Position numbers and translations under genes: made by a program
Notes under the pieces: model-generated
Database searches by the model: none
What the model was told of the DNA's origin: nothing
The model's input: the letters and a program-made list of their open reading frames with translations, nothing else
NCBI RefSeq assembly: GCF_009914755.1
Contig: NC_060939.1
DNA from: the human T2T-CHM13v2.0 reference genome, Homo sapiens
Length of the DNA stretch: 64,000 nt
Reading direction: 5' to 3' (one strand)
Shown here: positions 58,623 through 64,000 of the stretch, piece by piece
How positions within the stretch are numbered: the first letter of the stretch is position 1
Layout of the letters: each line of letters opens with the position of its first letter

Positions 58623-60722
58623 TTGAGTCCATTCAATTCCATTCCTTTCGTTTCCATTCCATTTGATGCCATTCCATTCAATTCTGTTCTACTCGACTCC
58701 AATACATTCAATTCCATTCCATCCGATTCCATTACATTCTTTTCATTTCTTATCCATTTCAAGCCATTCCACTCCATTCCATTCCACTCGTTTCCTTTCC
58801 ATTCGAGTCCATTCCATTCGATGCCATTCCATTTGGTTCTATTCCATTAGTCTCCATTCAATTCCATTAATCTCCATTCCATTCCATTCTACTCCAACTG
58901 ATTCCATTCCATTCTATTCCTTTCCATTCCATTTCATTCCATTCCATTCCATTCCATTCCATTCCATTCGTGTCCATTCCACTCCAGTCCATTCCATTCG
59001 TGTCCATTCCGTTCCAGTCCATTCCATTTGTGTCCACTGCATTCCATTCCACTCCATTCCATATTATTCCATTACACTCCATTCCATTCTATTACTTTCA
59101 TTTCCATTCAATTCCATTCCATTTGATTCCATTCCACTCGGTTTCATTCCATTTGAGTCCACTCCATTCCATTCCATTCCATTCCATTCAGTTCCATTCC
59201 ATTCTGTTCCATTCCATTCCGTTCCATTACATTCCATTCCATTCGGTACCATTCCATATTGTTCCATTCGATTCCATTCGAATCCATTCCATTCCAGTCC
59301 ATTCCATTCGATTCCATTCCATTCATTTCAATTCCATTCCATTCCATTCCATTACATTCCACTTGATTCCTCTCCATTCCCTTCCACTGCATTCCGTTCG
59401 ATTCCATTCCATTGCATTGCATTCCATTCCATTGGATTGCATTCCATTCGATTCCATTCCATTCGAATCAATTACATAGCAATCCATTACATTCGAGTCT
59501 ATTCTATTCCGTTCCATTCGATTTCGTTCCAATCCATTCGATTCCATTCCATTCGGTTCCATTCCATACTATTGCATTCCATTCGATTACATTATATTCG
59601 AATAAGTTCCATTCAAGACCATTTCTTTTGAGTCCATTCTATTTGAGTCCATTCCCTTTGATTCCATAACATTTGAGTCCATTCAATTCCATTCCTTTCG
59701 TTTCCATTCCATTTGATGCCATTCCATTCAATTCTGTTCTACTCGACTCCAATACATTCAATTCCATTCCATCCGATTCCATTACATTCTTTTCATTTCT
59801 TATCCATTTCAAGCCATTCCACTCCATTCCATTCCACTCGTTTCCTTTCCATTCGAGTCCATTCCATTCGATGCCATTCCATTTGGTTCTATTCCATTAG
59901 TCTCCATTCAATTCCATTAATCTCCATTCCATTCCATTCTACTCCAACTGATTCCATTCCATTCTATTCCTTTCCATTCCATTTCATTCCATTCCATTCC
60001 ATTTCATTCCATTCCATTCCATTCCATTCCATTCGCTTCCATTCCATTCGTGTCCATTCCATTCCAGTCCATTCCATTTGTGTCCACTGCATTCCATTCC
60101 ACTCCATTCCATATTATTCCATTACACTCCATTCCATTCTATTACTTTCATTTCCATTCAATTCCATTCCATTTGATTCCATTCCACTCGGTTTCATTCC
60201 ATTTGAGTCCACTCCATTCCATTCCATTCCATTCCATTCCATTCAGTTCCATTCCATTCTGTTCCATTCCATTCCGTTCCATTGCATTCCATTCCATTCG
60301 GTACCATTCCATATTGTTCCATTCGATTCCATTCGAATCCATTCCATTCCAGTCCATTCCATTTGATTCCATTCCATTCCTTTCAATTCCATTCCATTCC
60401 ATTCCATTCCACTTGATTCCTCTCCATTCCCTTCCACTGCATTCCATTCGATTCCATTCCATTGCATTGCATTCCATTCCATTGGACTGCATTCCATTCG
60501 ATTCCATTCCATTCGAATCAATTACATAGCAATCCATTACATTCGAGTCTATTCTATTCCGTTCCATTCGATTTCGTTCCAATCCATTCCATTCCATTCC
60601 ATTCGATTCCATTCCATACTATTGCATTCCATTCGATTACATTATATTCGAATAAGTTCCATTCAAGACCATTTCTTTTGAGTCCATTCTATTTTAGTCC
60701 ATTCCCTTTGATTCCATAACAT
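58623..60722 (+). repeat. Two tandem 1,050-bp units sharing the same 739-bp deletion
   Basis: Identical junction TTCCATTCGAGTCCATTCC|ATTCGATGCC at 58797-58815 and 59847-59865. The same 19-mer occurs twice, 739 bp apart, in intact units (GAG at 5336 and 6075). Confidence 0.9.
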
Positions 60723-63700
60723 TTGAGTCCATTCAATTCCATTCCTTTCGTTTCCATTCCATTTGATGCCATTCCATTCAATTCTGTTCTACTCGACTCC
60801 AATACATTCAATTCCATTCCATCCGATTCCATTACATTCTTTTCATTTCTTATCCATTTCAAGCCATTCCACTCCATTCCATTCCACTCGTTTCCTTTCC
60901 ATTCGAGTCCATTCCTCTCCAGTCCAATCCGTTCAATCCATTCCATTCCAGTCCATTCCATTCGAGTCCGTTCCATTCCAGTCCATTCCATTCGAGTCAA
61001 TTCCATCCCATTCGATGTCTTTCCATAACGATCCATTCCATTCTATTCCTTTCGATTCCATTCCATTCTATTTCATTCCATTCGATTCCCTTCCATTGGA
61101 CTCCTTTCCATTCGAGTGCATTCCATTCCGTTCCATTTCTTTCCGTTCTGTACGATTCCTACCGTTCGATTTCATTTTGTTCCAGTCCATTCCTTTCGCG
61201 TCCATTCCATTCCATTTCACTCCATTCGATTCCATTCCACTCGATTCCACTTCGTTCCATTTCATTGCATTCCATTCTATTCAACTCTATTGCCTTCCAT
61301 TCCATTCCATTCGATTACATTCCATGCGATTCCATTCGAAATCGAATCAATTACATTGCAATCCATAACTATTGAGTCCATTTTATTCCAGTCCACTGCA
61401 TTCTGGTCCATTCCATTTGATTCCATTCCATTCTATTCCATTCCATACAGTTGCATTCCATTGGATTCCATTCTATATCTATAAATTCAATTCGAGACCA
61501 TTGATTTTGAGTCCATTCTATATGATTCCATTCCATTCAAGTCCATTACATTTGGTTCAATTCCATTCCATTCCATTCCCTTCCATTCCATTCCAGTTGA
61601 TATCAATCCATTCGATTCCATTCCATTCGAGCACATTCCATTCGAGTCCATTCCATTCGATGCCATTCCATTTGGTTCTATTCCATTAGTCTCCATTCAA
61701 TTCCATTAATCTCCATTCCATTCCATTCTACTCCAACTGATTCCATTCCATTCTATTCCTTTCCATTCCATTTCATTCCATTCCATTCCATTTCATTCCA
61801 TTCCATTCCATTCCATTCCATTCGCTTCCATTCCATTCGTGTCCATTCCATTCCAGTCCATTCCATTTGTGTCCACTGCATTCCATTCCAATCCATTCCA
61901 TATTATTCCATTACACTCCATTCCATTCTATTACTTTCATTTCCATTCAATTCCATTCCATTTGATTCCATTCCACTCGGTTTCATTCCATTTGAGTCCA
62001 CTCCATTCCATTCCATTCCATTCCATTCAGTTCCATTCCATTCTGTTCCATTCCATTCCGTTCCATTGCATTCCATTCCATTCGGTACCATTCCATATTG
62101 TTCCATTCGATTCCATTCGAATCCATTCCATTCCAGTCCATTCCATTCGATTCCATTCCATTCCTTTCAATTCCATTCCATTCCATTCCATTCCACTTGA
62201 TTCCACTCCATTCCCTTCCACTGCATTCCATTCGATTCCATTCCATTGCATTGCATTCCATTCCATTGGACTGCATTCCATTCGATTCCATTCCATTCGA
62301 ATCAATTACATAGCAATCCATTACATTCGAGTCTATTCTATTCCGTTCAATTCGATTTTGTTCCAATCCATTCGATTCCATTCCATTCGATTCCATTCCA
62401 TACTATTGCATTCCATTCTATTACATTATATTCGAATAAGTTCCATTCAAGACCATTTCTTTTGAGTCCATTCTATTTGAGTCCATTCCCTTTGATTCCA
62501 TAACATTTGAGTCCATTCAATTCCATTCCTTTCGTTTCCATTCCATTTGATGCCATTCCATTCAATTCTGTTCTACTCGACTCCAATACATTCAATTCCA
62601 TTCCATCCGATTCCATTACATTCTTTTCATTTCTTATCCATTTCAAGCCATTCCACTCCATTCCATTCCACTCGTTTCCTTTCCATTCGAGTCCATTCCT
62701 CTCCAGTCCATTCCGTTCAATCCATTCCATTCCAGTCCATTCCATTCGAGTCCGTTCCATTCCAGTCCATTCCATTCGAGTCAATTCCATTCCATTCGAT
62801 GTCTTTCCATAACGATCCATTCCATTCTATTCCTTTCGATTCCATTCCATTCTATTTCATTCCATTCGATTCCCTTCCATTGGACTCCTTTCCATTCGAG
62901 TGCATTCCATTCCGTTCCATTTCTTTCCGTTCTGTACGATTCCTACCGTTCGATTTCATTTTGTTCCAGTCCATTCCTTTCGCGTCCATTCCATTCCATT
63001 TCACTCCATTCGATTCCATTCCACTCGATTCCACTTCGTTCCATTTCATTGCATTCCATTCTATTCAACTCTATTGCCTTCCATTCCATTCCATTCGTTA
63101 CATTCCATGCGATTCCATTCGAAATCGAATCAATTACATTGCAATCCATTACTATTGAGTCCGTTTTATTCCAGTCCACTGCATTCTGTTCCATTCCATT
63201 TGATTCCATTCCATTCTATTCCATTCCATACAGTTGCATTCCATTGGATTCCATGCTATATCTATAAATTCAATTCGAGACCATTGCTTTTGAGTCCATT
63301 CTATATGATTCCATTCCATTCAAGTCCATTACATTTGGTTCAATTCCATTCCATTCCATTCCCTTCCATTCCATTCCATTTGATATCAATCCATTCGATT
63401 CCATTCCATTCGAGCACATTCCATTCGAGTCCATTCCATTCGATGCCATTCCATTTGATTCTATTCCATTAGTCTCCATTCAATTCCATTAATCTCCATT
63501 CCATTCCATTCTACTCCAACTGATTCCATTCCATTCTATTCCTTTCCATTCCATTTCATTCCATTCCATTCCATTCCATTCCATTCCATTCGTGTCCATT
63601 CCACTCCAGTCCATTCCATTCGTGTCCATTCCATTCCAGTCCATTCCATTTGTGTCCACTGCATTCCATTCCACTCCATTCCATATTATTCCATTACACA

Positions 63701-64000
63701 CCATTCCATTCTATCACTTTCATTTCCATTCAATTCCATTCCATTTGATTCCATTCCACTCGGTTTCATTCCATTTGAGTCCACTCCATTCCATTCCATT
63801 CCATTCCATTCAGTTCCATTCCATTCTGTTCCATTCCATTCCGTTCCATTCCATTCCATTCCATTCGGTACCATTCCATATTGTTCCATTCGATTCCATT
63901 CGAATCCATTCCATTCCAGTCCATTCCATTCGATTCCATTCCATTCATTTCAATTCCATTCCATTCCATTCCATTACATTCCACTTGATTCCTCTCCATT

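Larger units (their letters stand above)
1588..62506 (+). repeat. ~1.79-kb tandem unit, 35 complete copies (D15Z1/HSat3A5-like 1.8-kb KpnI repeat)
   Basis: Landmark TTGAGTCCATTCAATTCCATTCCTTTCG recurs at 1588, 3361, 5154, 6953, 8742, 10531, 12340, 14113, 15906, 17710, 19489, 21283, 23056, 24849, 26658, 28447, 30236, 32034, 33843, 35632, 37415, 39218, 41021, 42800, 44588, 46387, 47885, 49699, 51493, 53247, 55031, 56834, 58623, 59673, 60723 and 62507. Spacings are 1754-1814 bp except 1498, 1050 and 1050. There is one GGTACC per unit (e.g. 1160-1165, 2953-2958). The period is seen directly; the chr15 family assignment is inferred from the known 1.8-kb KpnI satellite III repeat. Confidence 0.9.
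1..64000 (+). repeat. Satellite III (HSat3) array of diverged (CATTC)n pentamers, C-rich strand on +, no interruption or inversion seen
   Basis: Every line is CATTC/ATTCC with variants (CATTCGATTC, GAGTC, CAGTC, CACTC). The HSat2 hallmark GATGATTCC was not seen. No unique, Alu, L1 or alpha-satellite sequence was seen. Confidence 0.97.

Noticed and set aside
58663-59631. Longest ORF (322 aa) created across the deletion junction
   Set aside because: It is a by-product of the 739-bp deletion joining stop-free pentamer frames. It has a non-ATG (TTG) first codon and low complexity.
91-63999. Hundreds of ORFs of 61-322 aa (HSIPF-rich on +, MEWNG-rich on -)
   Set aside because: (CATTC)n has no stop codon in any of the six frames. 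The ORFs overlap in all frames, repeat with the 1.8-kb period, are frameshifted freely between copies and show no recognisable domain.
1-64000. CRISPR-like or other repeat-spacer system, or a novel gene system
   Set aside because: There are no unique spacers, no cas-like or enzyme-coding sequence and no non-satellite DNA at all.
1-64000. Assignment to HSat2 (chr1 1.77-kb D1Z1) or to Y-chromosome DYZ1
   Set aside because: Long CATTC runs dominate and GATGAT motifs were not seen, which argues against HSat2. The period is ~1.79 kb with near-identical neighbours, not the ~3.6 kb of DYZ1.

Overview
The whole 64-kb window is one uninterrupted, single-orientation array of diverged (CATTC)n/(GAATG)n pentamers. 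This is human classical Satellite III (HSat3) or a close great-ape homologue. It is organised as a ~1.79-kb tandem unit: 35 complete copies plus 2 partial ones, with one KpnI site GGTACC per unit. That organisation matches the 1.8-kb KpnI satellite III family D15Z1/HSat3A5 of chromosome 15p; this assignment is an inference that needs alignment. I see no genes, RNA genes, transposons or CRISPR arrays. The ORFs (HSIPF/MEWNG repeats) arise because the pentamer has no stop codon in any frame. I found no new protein-coding or defence system. The notable signal is array architecture: (i) a 5-unit (~8.94 kb) super-repeat in the first ~26 kb, marked by paired EcoRI variants, with one copy expanded to 6 units (10,752 bp); (ii) a mosaic of multi-unit blocks re-used at ~15.8-17.7 kb spacing in the second half; (iii) a 301-bp deleted unit and two tandem 1,050-bp units sharing a 739-bp microhomology-flanked deletion; (iv) every indel I found that breaks the 5-bp register lies in one ~400-bp subdomain of the unit. 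Coordinates were read by eye and from the ORF track, not computed by alignment.
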